From Natronospirales bacterium (lineage in GTDB: Bacteria; Pseudomonadota; Gammaproteobacteria; Natronospirales; REEB76), in assembly GCA_021816765.1 (NCBI GenBank), contig JAKAXB010000001.1, positions 19,665 to 83,664 on the forward strand: 64,000 nt of DNA. The letters are read 5' to 3'. Shown here one piece after another: positions 10,057 to 20,620 of the stretch (the stretch's first letter is position 1; the number at the start of each line of letters is the position of its first letter). The notes below the pieces were generated by a model, which saw only the letters and a list, made by a program, of their open reading frames with translations, had not been told where the DNA came from and did no database searches. Position numbers and translations under genes: made by a program.

Positions 10057-10383
10057 TTAATAACGGGGCAGGCCCGGGTCAAGACTCAGGGCCCAGTCAT
10101 CAATGCCGCCCGCCAGGTTGATGACATGCTTGAAGCCGCGGGACTGGAGGAACGCCGCCACCTGCAGGCTGCGATTGCCGTGATGGCACAGCACCACATA
10201 GGGTTGTTCCGGGTTCAATTCGCCCAGCCGTCCCGTTAACTCATCCATGGGAATGTGCAGGCAGCCGGGCAGACACACGCGCTCGCATTCCCAAGGCTCG
10301 CGTATATCCAGCAGCACCACCTCATTGGCAGTTTCCGCCCGCAGGTTTTCCACTTCCCTGGGGGTGAGCGAAGGTACTGGCAA
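10057..10383 (-). CDS. Single-domain rhodanese
   Basis: LLDIREPWE, LCHHGNRS, NLAGGIDDW. Confidence 0.9.
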   Translation of the reverse strand: MPVPSLTPREVENLRAETANEVVLLDIREPWECERVCLPGCLHIPMDELTGRLGELNPEQPYVVLCHHGNRSLQVAAFLQSRGFKHVINLAGGIDDWALSLDPGLPRY

Positions 10384-10396
10384 GTTCAGCCCCCGC

Positions 10397-11050
10397 TCAG
10401 AAGTGGAAGCGGCATGGCACGGCCGCGTTCACCAAAGCCGGCAAGTCGGTCTCGAACAGGCTTTCCCGCGACCAGGCGTTCTCGGCCACGCGGGTGACAA
10501 GCAGCGCTTCCATCACCGGCGATTGCCCCACGATCATGAACAGCCGGCCGCCCACCTGCAGATGCTCCGCGTAGCACGGGTCATATGCAGGCAGTGAACC
10601 GGTCACGGCGATCACATCAAAGCGCTGCGTGAGCCAGTCAAGTTGTACGCCATCGCGGGTTTCGAGACGCGCATTCCTGATCCCCAGGGCCGTGAGAGTC
10701 TTGCCGGCGGTTTCCGTGAAATCGGCAAAGATATCCACCGACAGCAGTTCACCCGCCATGCGCGCGAGGCAGGCGGCGATGAAGCCGCTGCCGGTACCGA
10801 TCTCGAGGGCGCTTTCATCCGGCTGTGGATTCAGCGACTGCAGCAGACGGCCTTCCACCTTGGGGGCCATCATCACCTGAGCGTGGGCCAGCGGAAGGCA
10901 GGTGTCTGCAAATGCCAGGTTGCGGTAACGCTCCGGTACAAACTGTTCGCGCGGCAGGGTTGCGAGAATGGTCAGTACCCGCTGATCGAACACGTCCCAG
11001 GCACGCACCTGCTGGCCGACCATCTGGTTGCGGGCAAATTGCGTATCCAT
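10397..11050 (-). CDS. Protein-L-isoaspartate O-methyltransferase family protein
   Basis: ARNQMVGQQVRAWDV, PREQFVP, LEIGTGSG. Confidence 0.9.
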   Translation of the reverse strand: MDTQFARNQMVGQQVRAWDVFDQRVLTILATLPREQFVPERYRNLAFADTCLPLAHAQVMMAPKVEGRLLQSLNPQPDESALEIGTGSGFIAACLARMAGELLSVDIFADFTETAGKTLTALGIRNARLETRDGVQLDWLTQRFDVIAVTGSLPAYDPCYAEHLQVGGRLFMIVGQSPVMEALLVTRVAENAWSRESLFETDLPALVNAAVPCRFHF

Positions 11051-11185
11051 CGGATTCACAAGTGAAAATTGCACATGAAGAGTGCAAAGGTTAAGCGCTT
11101 TGGCCATGATTGGCAAGGCGAACTGTCATGCCAGCCGGCTTACAAATGTCAGGTGTATACTGCGACACGCGCCTGCGGGCGCGTG

Positions 11186-11276
11186 GAAGCTGGGGGTGCC
11201 CTCCCGTGTTGATACGGTGGGGCTGAGAAACACCCATGGAACCTGAACCGGTTAATCCCGGCGGAGGGAAAGCTTC
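11186..11276 (+). ncRNA. TPP (thi-box) riboswitch
   Basis: GGGGTGC...GCTGAGA..CACCC...GAACCTGAACCGGTTAATCCCGGCGGAGGGAA with P1 GAAGCT/AGCTTC, upstream of thiC. Confidence 0.95.
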
Positions 11277-11322
11277 GCGGCCTCATGACCGCCATCGGCT
11301 TTCCCATTCCGGCCGGACATGA

Positions 11323-13188
<1,866 letters not shown>

Positions 13189-13286
13189 CGGCACAGCTGG
13201 ATAGCTTCCGCGGAAAAGAGTATTTTTGACCGAGTTGGATAAGGCCAATCAAGGGAATGAACATGGAAATGCAGAGGATGAAAGTA

Positions 13287-13499
13287 ATGGCTCCTTCATA
13301 TACGGCAGTTGTGAAACAGGACGGCAAGTGGTGGTTCGGCTGGGTGGAGGAAGTGCCCGGCGTGAACTGCCAGGAAGCCAGCCGCGAGGAACTGCTCGAA
13401 TCCCTGCGCGTCACACTGGCCGAAGCCATCGCAATGAATCGAGAAGATGCACGTCGCGCAGCAGGCAATAATTTCGAAGAAACGCCCATTGCGGTATGA
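13287..13499 (+). CDS. hicB: HicB family antitoxin (short, no DNA-binding domain)
   Basis: YTAVVKQDGKWWFGWVEEVPGVNCQ; overlaps the hicA start (ATGA). Confidence 0.85.
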   Translation: MAPSYTAVVKQDGKWWFGWVEEVPGVNCQEASREELLESLRVTLAEAIAMNREDARRAAGNNFEETPIAV

Positions 13500-13681
13500 A
13501 ACGCCGCGAGCTGTTACGGCGCCTGGGCGAGCAGGGGTGCGTGCTGCTTAGGGAAGGCAGGCGCCATTCCTGGTGGCATAACCCGCAACTGAACCGTCGA
13601 AGCGCGGTCCCACGCCATAATGAAATCAATGATCATCTCGCCCGTAAGATATGCAAGGATCTTGGCGTGCCAGAGCTTTGA
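13496..13681 (+). CDS. hicA: HicA family toxin
   Basis: MKRRELLRRL...REGRRHSWW...VPRHNEINDHLARKICKDL. Confidence 0.9.
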   Translation: MKRRELLRRLGEQGCVLLREGRRHSWWHNPQLNRRSAVPRHNEINDHLARKICKDLGVPEL

Positions 13682-13753
13682 AAGCTATAAATATCTACCC
13701 TCATTTTTCAGTCCGCATTTCTCTTCCATGAAAAGCATCCAGGCAGGTGACAA

Positions 13754-14224
13754 ATGAAGCAGTCAGGTTTTTATATAGCGGCAGTAGCCATGCTGTTGGT
13801 AGCTGTTGCAGCGCAGGCGCAGGATCAAGCGGGCCGCTGGGCATCGCCATCGGATCCAGATGCCAAAGCCATCACAGCATTGGAAGACATGTGGGCCCAC
13901 ACCGCCTGCTCATCCGTACCGGATGCCCTAAAAGCCGCGTTCGCCGAAGATTTCCAGGGCACGGCCCCGAAAGGCCAACGCTACGGGAAGCCAACGGGGG
14001 ATTGGGGCGGTAAAGGCGATGATACAGATTGCCAGCTCCAGCAGATACAGATACGGCTGTTTGGCGATTCGGTAGCGGTCGCGTATGGTAACGAGAGCAG
14101 CGTCAGCAAGAAAAAGGACGGCACCGAAGCGAAACATTGTCTGGCTTGGACCGACACTTGGCTGAAGCGCAATGGAAAATGGCAGATCGTTGCGGCTCAG
14201 GACACCCGAGTGGACTGCAAATAA
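13754..14224 (+). CDS. Secreted NTF2-like (DUF4440) protein
   Basis: Signal peptide; FGDSVAVAYG...WTDTWLKRNGKWQIVAAQ. Confidence 0.75.
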   Translation: MKQSGFYIAAVAMLLVAVAAQAQDQAGRWASPSDPDAKAITALEDMWAHTACSSVPDALKAAFAEDFQGTAPKGQRYGKPTGDWGGKGDDTDCQLQQIQIRLFGDSVAVAYGNESSVSKKKDGTEAKHCLAWTDTWLKRNGKWQIVAAQDTRVDCK

Positions 14225-14288
14225 TCGCGTTGCTGAGCGGCCGGCGACATGCCGTCGCTTCCTGCATCAGCGCAACCCACGTGAGCTT

Positions 14289-14558
14289 CTACAGACCAAG
14301 CTCGCTGTGTGAACCAAGGCGGACCAACTGCAGCACGTTGTTTCCGCGTTTCCGGTAAATGAGAATCAGATCCGGGCGCACATGGCAGTCGCGAAAATCC
14401 TTCCATTCGCCTGTTAACGGGTGATCCTGATACCTGACGGTCAGCGGTTGATCGTCTGTGAGTGCGGCAAGCACTTGTGGGAATACGGTTTTCAGCGTGT
14501 TCCTGTGCTGACCTTGGGACTCGCGCTTGAATTGCCGGGTGTACTCAATCGTCCGCAT
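14289..14558 (-). CDS. yafQ: YafQ family mRNA interferase toxin
   Basis: DHPLTGEWKDFRDCHVRPDLILIY...RLGSHSEL. Confidence 0.92.
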   Translation of the reverse strand: MRTIEYTRQFKRESQGQHRNTLKTVFPQVLAALTDDQPLTVRYQDHPLTGEWKDFRDCHVRPDLILIYRKRGNNVLQLVRLGSHSELGL

Positions 14559-14808
14559 CGAGGTCCGCCATCAGGGACTTCACGCTCTTGGCAGCGCGTA
14601 ACTTCCCGCGGCGGGCCTCCTTCATCGCTGCGATGGTTTTGGCATTCGGAACCAAGGGTTCAAAAGGCAGGGCCTTCTCGTGGGCGATGCGGGTGAGCAT
14701 CAGGCGGAAGGCATCCGACAAAGTGAGACCCATGGTTTCGAGTACCACAGCCGCTTCTTCCTTGGTCGTGGCATCAATTCTGGCGCGCACGACGGCATTG
14801 GCTTTCAT
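14545..14808 (-). CDS. dinJ: RelB/DinJ family antitoxin
   Basis: VVRARID..KEEAAVVL..MGLTLSDAFR...LPFEPLVPNAKTIAAM. Confidence 0.92.
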   Translation of the reverse strand: MKANAVVRARIDATTKEEAAVVLETMGLTLSDAFRLMLTRIAHEKALPFEPLVPNAKTIAAMKEARRGKLRAAKSVKSLMADLDADD

Positions 14809-14829
14809 AGGGCTTTTCTCCATAAGTGA

Positions 14830-14842
14830 GCTACATTGTAGC
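14830..14842. promoter_or_regulatory. Palindromic operator upstream of dinJ-yafQ
   Basis: GCTACA-T-TGTAGC perfect palindrome about 20 bp before the dinJ start. Confidence 0.6.
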
Positions 14843-15052
14843 CCATTCTTGCGGTAGGTGCAAACCCATATGCTGTTCAGCAAACATGACCCTTTGTGCG
14901 TATTCCATGGTGTGCTCGATAGGGAGACGGAAGATGAAGAAGTTAGCTTATCGAGCAAGTAGTAAATTGCGGATAGACTAAGGTCTGGTATCCACAATAC
15001 AGTCCGGGATCATGTCAGTACGGTGTTGGCCCCAAGGGCAAGCAGGGAGATC

Positions 15053-15580
15053 GTGGCACTCGTAGCGTTCCTGAGAGGAATCAATGTCGGTGGGCACCGG
15101 GCCTTTCATCCCAGCATCCTCGCCGAGCAGCTGGCACGTTACGGGGTGGTCAACATCGGTGCAACTGGAACTTTCGTGATTCGTCGCCCGATTACCAAAA
15201 CGAAGCTTCGGGCCGAACTGGCACGCAGACTTCCTTTCGCCGCTCAGGTCATGATCTTCGAGGGCCGCGAACTTCTCGCCCTGGATACGGATACTGTGTT
15301 CCGCAAGGCTCCGAAGGGAGCCGATGTGGTTCGCTTTGTGAGCGTCATGGCCAGGCGTCCGCGACTCGTTCCCGCAACGCCGATCCGGCTGCCGATTGAG
15401 GGGGCGTGGCTGCTGAGAATTCTGGCGACGGAGAATCGCTTCCTGTTCGGGGTGTACCGGCGGCAGATGAGGGTAATCAGTTATTTGAGCATGCTAGACA
15501 GGCTGTTCGGAGTGCCGGTGACGACACGCAACTGGAACACGATAACGTCGGTCATCAAGGTATTACAGGACTCAATGTGA
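15053..15580 (+). CDS. DUF1697 family protein
   Basis: VAFLRGINVGG at the N-terminus; TTRNWNT at the C-terminus. Confidence 0.85.
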   Translation: MALVAFLRGINVGGHRAFHPSILAEQLARYGVVNIGATGTFVIRRPITKTKLRAELARRLPFAAQVMIFEGRELLALDTDTVFRKAPKGADVVRFVSVMARRPRLVPATPIRLPIEGAWLLRILATENRFLFGVYRRQMRVISYLSMLDRLFGVPVTTRNWNTITSVIKVLQDSM

Positions 15581-15664
15581 TGAGCGCGCGGCCGTAGAAA
15601 ATAGGGGACAGACTGTCTCTTAACCATCTGTCCGTAAAACCAGGGTCGGCTCACTACCCTTCTT

Positions 15665-15706
15665 AGGCAAGCGAAACGTGAGAGGAGAATCTATGAAGAA
15701 GGTTAA
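15665..15706 (+). pseudogene. BrnT-like toxin C-terminal remnant
   Basis: Reads RQAKRERRIYEEG*, overlapping the start of the next gene as BrnT does with BrnA. Confidence 0.45.
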
Positions 15707-15941
15707 ACGTGATGAACTTCGCCCCGAGTATCGTCGTGAAGATCTCGGTAAAGGTATTCGAGGAAAGCATCTGAAGGCATACCGCGCGGGCACTAATCTT
15801 GTGCTACTGCAACCGGAAGTTGCGGCCGCATTTCCATCGGAGCGCGCTGTAAATGACGCGCTAAGCACCCTTATCGGGGTAGGCGAAAACGCCGGTATAA
15901 CACCTCGCTCACCCGGGCATACGAAGGCGGTGCGCCGGTAG
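15693..15941 (+). CDS. BrnA-like antitoxin (orphan)
   Basis: DELRPEY...GIRGKH...TNLVLLQPEVAAAFPSERAVNDAL. Confidence 0.6.
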   Translation: MKKVKRDELRPEYRREDLGKGIRGKHLKAYRAGTNLVLLQPEVAAAFPSERAVNDALSTLIGVGENAGITPRSPGHTKAVRR

Positions 15942-16044
15942 ATTCTGCGTGAGCCCCCGTAATACATGTCAGACTGAGGTGCACGCCGGGTTTTCGTAGA
16001 CGCTCCATCCTGTAGAATCTCCGCCGGCATTCAGGGAGAAACCG

Positions 16045-16914
16045 GTGAATTTCAGCGTGCTGGTGCTGCTATTCGTGACCTTGGTGTGGGGCACCACGTT
16101 TCCCATTATCCGCGCCGCGTCCGCGCATCTGGATGGCGTGGAAATCACGGCGCTGCGCTTTCTCGTGGCCGGGATCTGCATGCTGCCTTTCGCGTTCAAA
16201 GCTTCCCGCGCTGCCTGGCGGGCCGGCCTGTTACTGGGCTTTGTGGCGCTGGTTTCCTACGTGACCCAGGCCGTCGGACTGGAATACATCTCATCCAACC
16301 GCAGCGCGTTCATCACCAGCCTCAACGTGCTGATGGTGCCTTTTCTGGGGCTATTGTTGGGCGGGCGCCTCAGCCTGCAAATCGTGAGTGCGGCGGTGCT
16401 GGCCTGCACTGGCATCGGGCTCATGTCCTGGGAAGGGGGCAGCAACCTGATCGGGGATAGCGCCACGCTGGTCTGTGCACTTTCGTATGCCATCTATATC
16501 ATCCTGTTATCGCGCCTTATCAAGAATCACGAATCTCGCACCCTCGCCGCAACCCAGATTGTCGCGATGGCGGTGATGAGCGGCCTCTGGTTGCTGGTCA
16601 CGCATCTGCACGGCGACGCGCTCATGACTTTGGCCGTGCGGGCAGAACCCGTGTGGCTGTCGCTGCTCTATCTGGGCGTGGTGGCAAGTGCCGGCATGCT
16701 GTTCCTGCAGGCGGTAGGGCAGCGTCACGTCCCGGCGGAGAAAGCCGCGGTGATCTACGCGATGGAGCCAGTATTCGCGGCGCTGTTCGGCTGGCTGTGG
16801 CTGCACGAAACCCTGGGGGTGCGCGGTTTCGTGGGCGGCGCGATGGTCGTGCTGGCGGTGATATTCGGCGAATGGCGTTTCACGCCCAGAGCGAAGGCCG
16901 GCGACACGATTTAA
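16045..16914 (+). CDS. DMT/EamA family transporter
   Basis: WGTTF, SAFITSLNV, IYAMEPVFAALF; about 10 hydrophobic segments. Confidence 0.9.
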   Translation: MNFSVLVLLFVTLVWGTTFPIIRAASAHLDGVEITALRFLVAGICMLPFAFKASRAAWRAGLLLGFVALVSYVTQAVGLEYISSNRSAFITSLNVLMVPFLGLLLGGRLSLQIVSAAVLACTGIGLMSWEGGSNLIGDSATLVCALSYAIYIILLSRLIKNHESRTLAATQIVAMAVMSGLWLLVTHLHGDALMTLAVRAEPVWLSLLYLGVVASAGMLFLQAVGQRHVPAEKAAVIYAMEPVFAALFGWLWLHETLGVRGFVGGAMVVLAVIFGEWRFTPRAKAGDTI

Positions 16915-17032
16915 GATAGCCTTGCTGCTTTTTGACCGTAAAACGGTTGGGGTTTATTGGTTCGTCCCTCGAATCGAAACATGGAGCGGTTCGTACGGTT
17001 TTCGGGCGCATACCGTCTGCCGCGCATCGAGC

Positions 17033-18373
17033 TTAAAACAGCAGATATTCGAGGGATATCGAAAAACGATTGCTCTGGTAGGAATATATCCCGACATTCG
17101 ACGAGTTTTTCAGATAGCGGTATTCGGCTTTCAGGCTCCACCATTTCGCGAGTTTGTACTCGGCTCCGATCCTGCCGATATAGAACACATCACTTCGCCC
17201 AATAGTGGTAGTGGTATTGCCGCTGACCAGAATGTCGGGTTTGCCGTATAGGCTCTTCTCATAGGTTACGCCGAATTCCCAACTCAGCATGTCCGTGGAG
17301 CGCAGTTTGAGTTGTGCATACAGGCGGTTTCGGGTGGGGGAGGCACTGAGAAACTCCGTTCCCAGCGTGAGATCGTTGCGCCGGTTGATTTCGTGTTGAT
17401 AGCCGAAGGTTGCTTCATAACCGGGAGCCGTGATCTCGTCTTCTATGAACACCTGTTGTTGCCATCCGGTAAGATAATCGAAGCTCCGGTCTCCTGATAC
17501 CTGCTGGTATTCATAACCAGCCGCCAGCCGGTTGCCATCGGCGAGCGTTTTCTTCGCTTCCAATTGAAAGGAGTGCAGCGTTTCGAAACCGGCTCCGCCG
17601 AGAGTGACATTGCTGCCTGACACGCCCATCCGCGCCGACCAGGGGGCCGATGCGTATCGGTATTGCGGTCCAAGAGTCAGCATGGTTTCGTTGTATTGAC
17701 TCAGGCGCTGATAATCTGTGCCGTAGTAGCTGCCGGATAGCTGGATTCCGTTCGCATACGATCCGGTCAACTGGCCTACACCACCGGCCAATACGGTCGT
17801 CAGCGTCGATCCCTGACGCGACGGGAGCACCACCCCGGACTGGGGCATGAGCGCGACGTTGTCGTCATAGCCGCTGGACAGGTTTGCATACCCGAACCAG
17901 CGCACAGGGCGGGAGATGCTCGTCATGAGACGGGTAATTTCGGCGGCGGCGAGCCGTTTTATGTCCGGCTGGGATGCATCGGCATAGGCGGTCCGGTATT
18001 CCCGCAGTGCGGTGGTGCGCTCGCCCCGGGCGACGGCAATCAGTCCCAGGTTGTAATGACAGAGCGCGGCAAGCCCCCTCGCATGCAGCAGGTTTTCAAA
18101 CTCGCGCTGCGAAGAAGCATAGAGACCCAGACGGTAATAGGTGGCGCCCAGGCTGTAGTCGAGTTGTACGCCCTTGTATCCCGCAGCCCGGGCTCGAAGG
18201 AACGCGTCGAGCGCGTGGGTGTAATCGCCCGCCTGGAATGCGGCAACACCATCGGCATAGGCCGTCTCGCCAGTCCCGGCGGCAGATTTCATTGCGGCGT
18301 AACTCCGGGTACAAAGAAGCAATGCGAGCAAGGTCAGCAAGATCGGGAGTAACCGCTGCACAGGAAGCTCCAT
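17033..18373 (-). CDS. TPR-containing outer-membrane beta-barrel protein
   Basis: Signal peptide, TPR-like helices (YSLGATYYRLG, HYNLGLIA), GYDDNV barrel start, C-terminal ...SISLEYLLF. Confidence 0.75.
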   Translation of the reverse strand: MELPVQRLLPILLTLLALLLCTRSYAAMKSAAGTGETAYADGVAAFQAGDYTHALDAFLRARAAGYKGVQLDYSLGATYYRLGLYASSQREFENLLHARGLAALCHYNLGLIAVARGERTTALREYRTAYADASQPDIKRLAAAEITRLMTSISRPVRWFGYANLSSGYDDNVALMPQSGVVLPSRQGSTLTTVLAGGVGQLTGSYANGIQLSGSYYGTDYQRLSQYNETMLTLGPQYRYASAPWSARMGVSGSNVTLGGAGFETLHSFQLEAKKTLADGNRLAAGYEYQQVSGDRSFDYLTGWQQQVFIEDEITAPGYEATFGYQHEINRRNDLTLGTEFLSASPTRNRLYAQLKLRSTDMLSWEFGVTYEKSLYGKPDILVSGNTTTTIGRSDVFYIGRIGAEYKLAKWWSLKAEYRYLKNSSNVGIYSYQSNRFSISLEYLLF

Positions 18374-18549
18374 CAATCCCCAAGGCCGGGCCGCTATTGT
18401 GGGCCATGGTGCACAATGAGCACAAATTCCATCCGCAGTAGGCCCGGGCGAAACCGGTTGCGAACTTCAGGGCAGTTGAATCTATCCGGGTGTTTCACCG
18501 ACGCGCACTCGCTACCCATTTTGCAGGGCGCCGGCGATTGGGAAATGAA

Positions 18550-18578
18550 GAAAACCGCGAAGTGAATTCGCGGTTTTC
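18550..18578 (-). terminator. Hairpin terminator after the Q/A-rich gene
   Basis: GAAAACCGCGAA-GTGAA-TTCGCGGTTTTC inverted repeat with a T-rich tail on the minus strand. Confidence 0.6.
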
Positions 18579-18635
18579 GGTTTCGTAATTTCCCGGGATT
18601 GATTTTTCAGGGCGTCATGCTGCCCGGTTGCGGCA

Positions 18636-19145
18636 TCAACCCCGCGGCGGCCCTGGTGGTGGAGGCGGCGGCGGTGGCGGGGGGGTGGGTTGCTGATGGC
18701 TGAGCGTTTGCGCTTGCTGTTGCGCCTGCCGGGCCTGCTGTGCCTGGTTTGCCGCGGCATCTTCCGCTTGCTGTTGCGCCTGCGCTGCCGACTCCTCGAT
18801 CTGCCGGCTGGCATCGGCTTCGTGCTGTGTCGCCTGCTGTGCCTCCTGGGTCTCCTCAATCTGTTGCGCCGATTGCGCCGTCTGTTGGCCGAACTGACTG
18901 GCATTACCGGTTTTGCTGCCGGGAGGAGGCGTGGGGCCCGGCTTACGCGCGCCCGCATTGGCAGGTACGGTGATGTTCTGCACCACTGTCTTGAGCACAT
19001 CCTGTCCGCCGGGGATGACCGTCATGGTCACATCCGGCTGCGTCGCCTTCGGCGTTGTTGACCCGTTACCTGCCCAAGCGGGCCTGCAGGCCAGGGTCAG
19101 CGTGCCCAGCAGACACCCATGCGCGATATACAGTCTCATGTTCAT
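18636..19145 (-). CDS. Secreted low-complexity Gln/Ala/Pro-rich protein
   Basis: AGGAG RBS, signal peptide ending AWA, DVTMTVI, Q/A helical run, poly-Pro tail. Confidence 0.65.
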   Translation of the reverse strand: MNMRLYIAHGCLLGTLTLACRPAWAGNGSTTPKATQPDVTMTVIPGGQDVLKTVVQNITVPANAGARKPGPTPPPGSKTGNASQFGQQTAQSAQQIEETQEAQQATQHEADASRQIEESAAQAQQQAEDAAANQAQQARQAQQQAQTLSHQQPTPPPPPPPPPPGPPRG

Positions 19146-19161
19146 GACGCGTGTACTCCTC

Positions 19162-19842
19162 TCAACCAAGCCCCGTCCACGCCAACAAGCGGTGAACGAG
19201 ACCCCGTAATGATGCATCCTCAATCGCCATGACTTGCACTTTGAAAATGTTGTCCCGGCCGGCGTAATGAAGCACCGTTTCAAGTGTACCCGCAGTTCCC
19301 GGTTCGGCAACGAGTTGAAGATTGAGGACATTACGTCCCTGTGCCAACTCGCCGCTCCAAGCCACTTGCCGCTCACCCGGATGCCCCTGCAATTGCATGC
19401 CCTGGGGGACGTTGACAATGAAATCGACGTGATGGAGCGGATGCGCGGCATCCAGTGCGATGCGTACCACTGTCGCGGTGTCGGCCGGCACCAAAATGGC
19501 GCCGGCTTGCAGCTGGTATCCGGCCGTGGGCGCGGCGGCCCATTGCAGGGCAATGCCGATACCGATTCCGAGAAGGAGCAAAGCGGCGAGCGCCAGCGCC
19601 CAGCCCTTGGCGGCGCCGTGATGGCGGGGCTCGCCGGGACGCCGGGTGAAGGCCAGAACACGCTCTGCAAATGCGTACGGCACGGGTGGTTCGGGGAGCA
19701 TCTGCAATATCTTCAGCGTTTCGCGGCCCAGCATCCACGTTTTGCGGCACGCGGCGCAATGGGACAGGTGCTCCAGAACCTCCGGTGGCGGCGTGCCCAA
19801 CGGTGCGGTATCCAGATAGTTGTGCAGCCGGTTACAGTTCAT
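19162..19842 (-). CDS. Zinc-finger (ZAS) anti-sigma factor with TM helix and periplasmic domain
   Basis: MNC...EHLSHCAAC (HxxxCxxC) and one TM segment; overlaps the sigma gene end. Confidence 0.85.
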   Translation of the reverse strand: MNCNRLHNYLDTAPLGTPPPEVLEHLSHCAACRKTWMLGRETLKILQMLPEPPVPYAFAERVLAFTRRPGEPRHHGAAKGWALALAALLLLGIGIGIALQWAAAPTAGYQLQAGAILVPADTATVVRIALDAAHPLHHVDFIVNVPQGMQLQGHPGERQVAWSGELAQGRNVLNLQLVAEPGTAGTLETVLHYAGRDNIFKVQVMAIEDASLRGLVHRLLAWTGLG

Positions 19843-20422
19843 ATTGTGAAGCCTCATCTGTTATCACGTCCGAACGCATCAAAGGGTTCCGGTCGCCGAG
19901 TGCGGCACGCAGTTTCCGACGCGCGCGGAATAGCCGGGACTTGAGCGTGCCCAGGGGGAGATGCAGGACGTCGGTCAGCTCGGGAAGGCTGCGGCCTTCC
20001 ACGTCGTGCAGTACCAGAAGCGCCCGGTGGTCCCTGCTCAGGCTGTAGAGTGCGGCCAGCACCTCCCGGCGGAGATCAGCGGCGTGTACCTCTTGCTCCA
20101 CTGCAGAAGCCCCTGCCTCGTTTTCGAAAAGGGCTTCCCAGGGCTCGGGATGCAGGTGGCCGAAGGGCGTGCGTCGCCGGTGGCGCCACTGGTCAACGAA
20201 CAGGTTATGCAGCGCCCCGACGAGCCACGGCCGCAGCCCAACCACCTGGGCCAGGTCCTGCGGGCCGCGGTACAGACGCACCATGAGTTCCTGCACCAGG
20301 TCTTCTGCGTCCTGGTTGTGCCCGGTCAAGCGGTAGGCCATGCGGTAGAGCCCGTCGAGATGGGGGCGCACCAAGGTCTCAAACTCCACGCGGTGGTTGT
20401 CGTTGCCTGTCACCGGAAGCAT
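19832..20422 (-). CDS. ECF RNA polymerase sigma-70 factor
   Basis: DAEDLVQE, LRPWL..ALHNLFVD, LHDVEG...GTLKSRLFRARRKL. Confidence 0.95.
   Translation of the reverse strand: MLPVTGNDNHRVEFETLVRPHLDGLYRMAYRLTGHNQDAEDLVQELMVRLYRGPQDLAQVVGLRPWLVGALHNLFVDQWRHRRRTPFGHLHPEPWEALFENEAGASAVEQEVHAADLRREVLAALYSLSRDHRALLVLHDVEGRSLPELTDVLHLPLGTLKSRLFRARRKLRAALGDRNPLMRSDVITDEASQYEL
19860..19890 (-). promoter_or_regulatory. Putative ECF promoter inside the sigma gene, upstream of the anti-sigma
   Basis: GGAACC-N14-GACGTGATAAC on the minus strand. Confidence 0.65.
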
Positions 20423-20453
20423 GTCTTAAGCAGGTTGGTCACCTCTTCAAAGG

Positions 20454-20481
20454 GTAACGCCGTACGCCGGCGAAAAGTTCC
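20454..20481 (-). promoter_or_regulatory. Putative ECF autoregulatory promoter of the sigma gene
   Basis: GGAACT-N14-GGCGTTAC on the minus strand. Confidence 0.6.
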
Positions 20482-20552
20482 CAAGAAGGTATACAGACAT
20501 GAAAAATCCGCTCCTCCCGCCGATGGGCGGCATAAAAAAATAGCTGAATGGG

Positions 20553-20583
20553 GGAACCCTGGACCTGTCGCAGACGTGATTAC
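20553..20583 (+). promoter_or_regulatory. Putative ECF promoter of the DUF4382 lipoprotein gene
   Basis: GGAACC-N14-GACGTGATTAC. Confidence 0.7.
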
Positions 20584-20620
20584 CTTTAGTGTAGCGAACA
20601 CATTCCTGAGGAGTACTCCC

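Noticed and set aside
14500-14558. YafQ N-terminus seems a few residues shorter than homologues I recall (FKR-ESQG)
   Set aside because: Cannot be confirmed without an alignment; frame and C-terminal His are intact.
18400-18435. GGAATT upstream of the TPR-barrel gene as a fourth ECF promoter
   Set aside because: No CGT-containing element at the matching spacing.
18640-18900. Repetitive GC-rich tract (GGCGGCGGT..., TGCTGTTGCGCCTG twice) as a possible repeat array
   Set aside because: Explained by the poly-Pro and Gln/Ala coding sequence; no constant repeat-spacer period, so not CRISPR.
19961-20620. N-terminal extensions in the ORF track (517-aa DUF4382 ORF; also 504-aa adk, 1165-aa RND, 295-aa PsiE, 344-aa Q-rich ORF)
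   Set aside because: They overlap other real genes. Downstream starts with an RBS, signal peptide or family N-terminus fit better, so these are not fusions.
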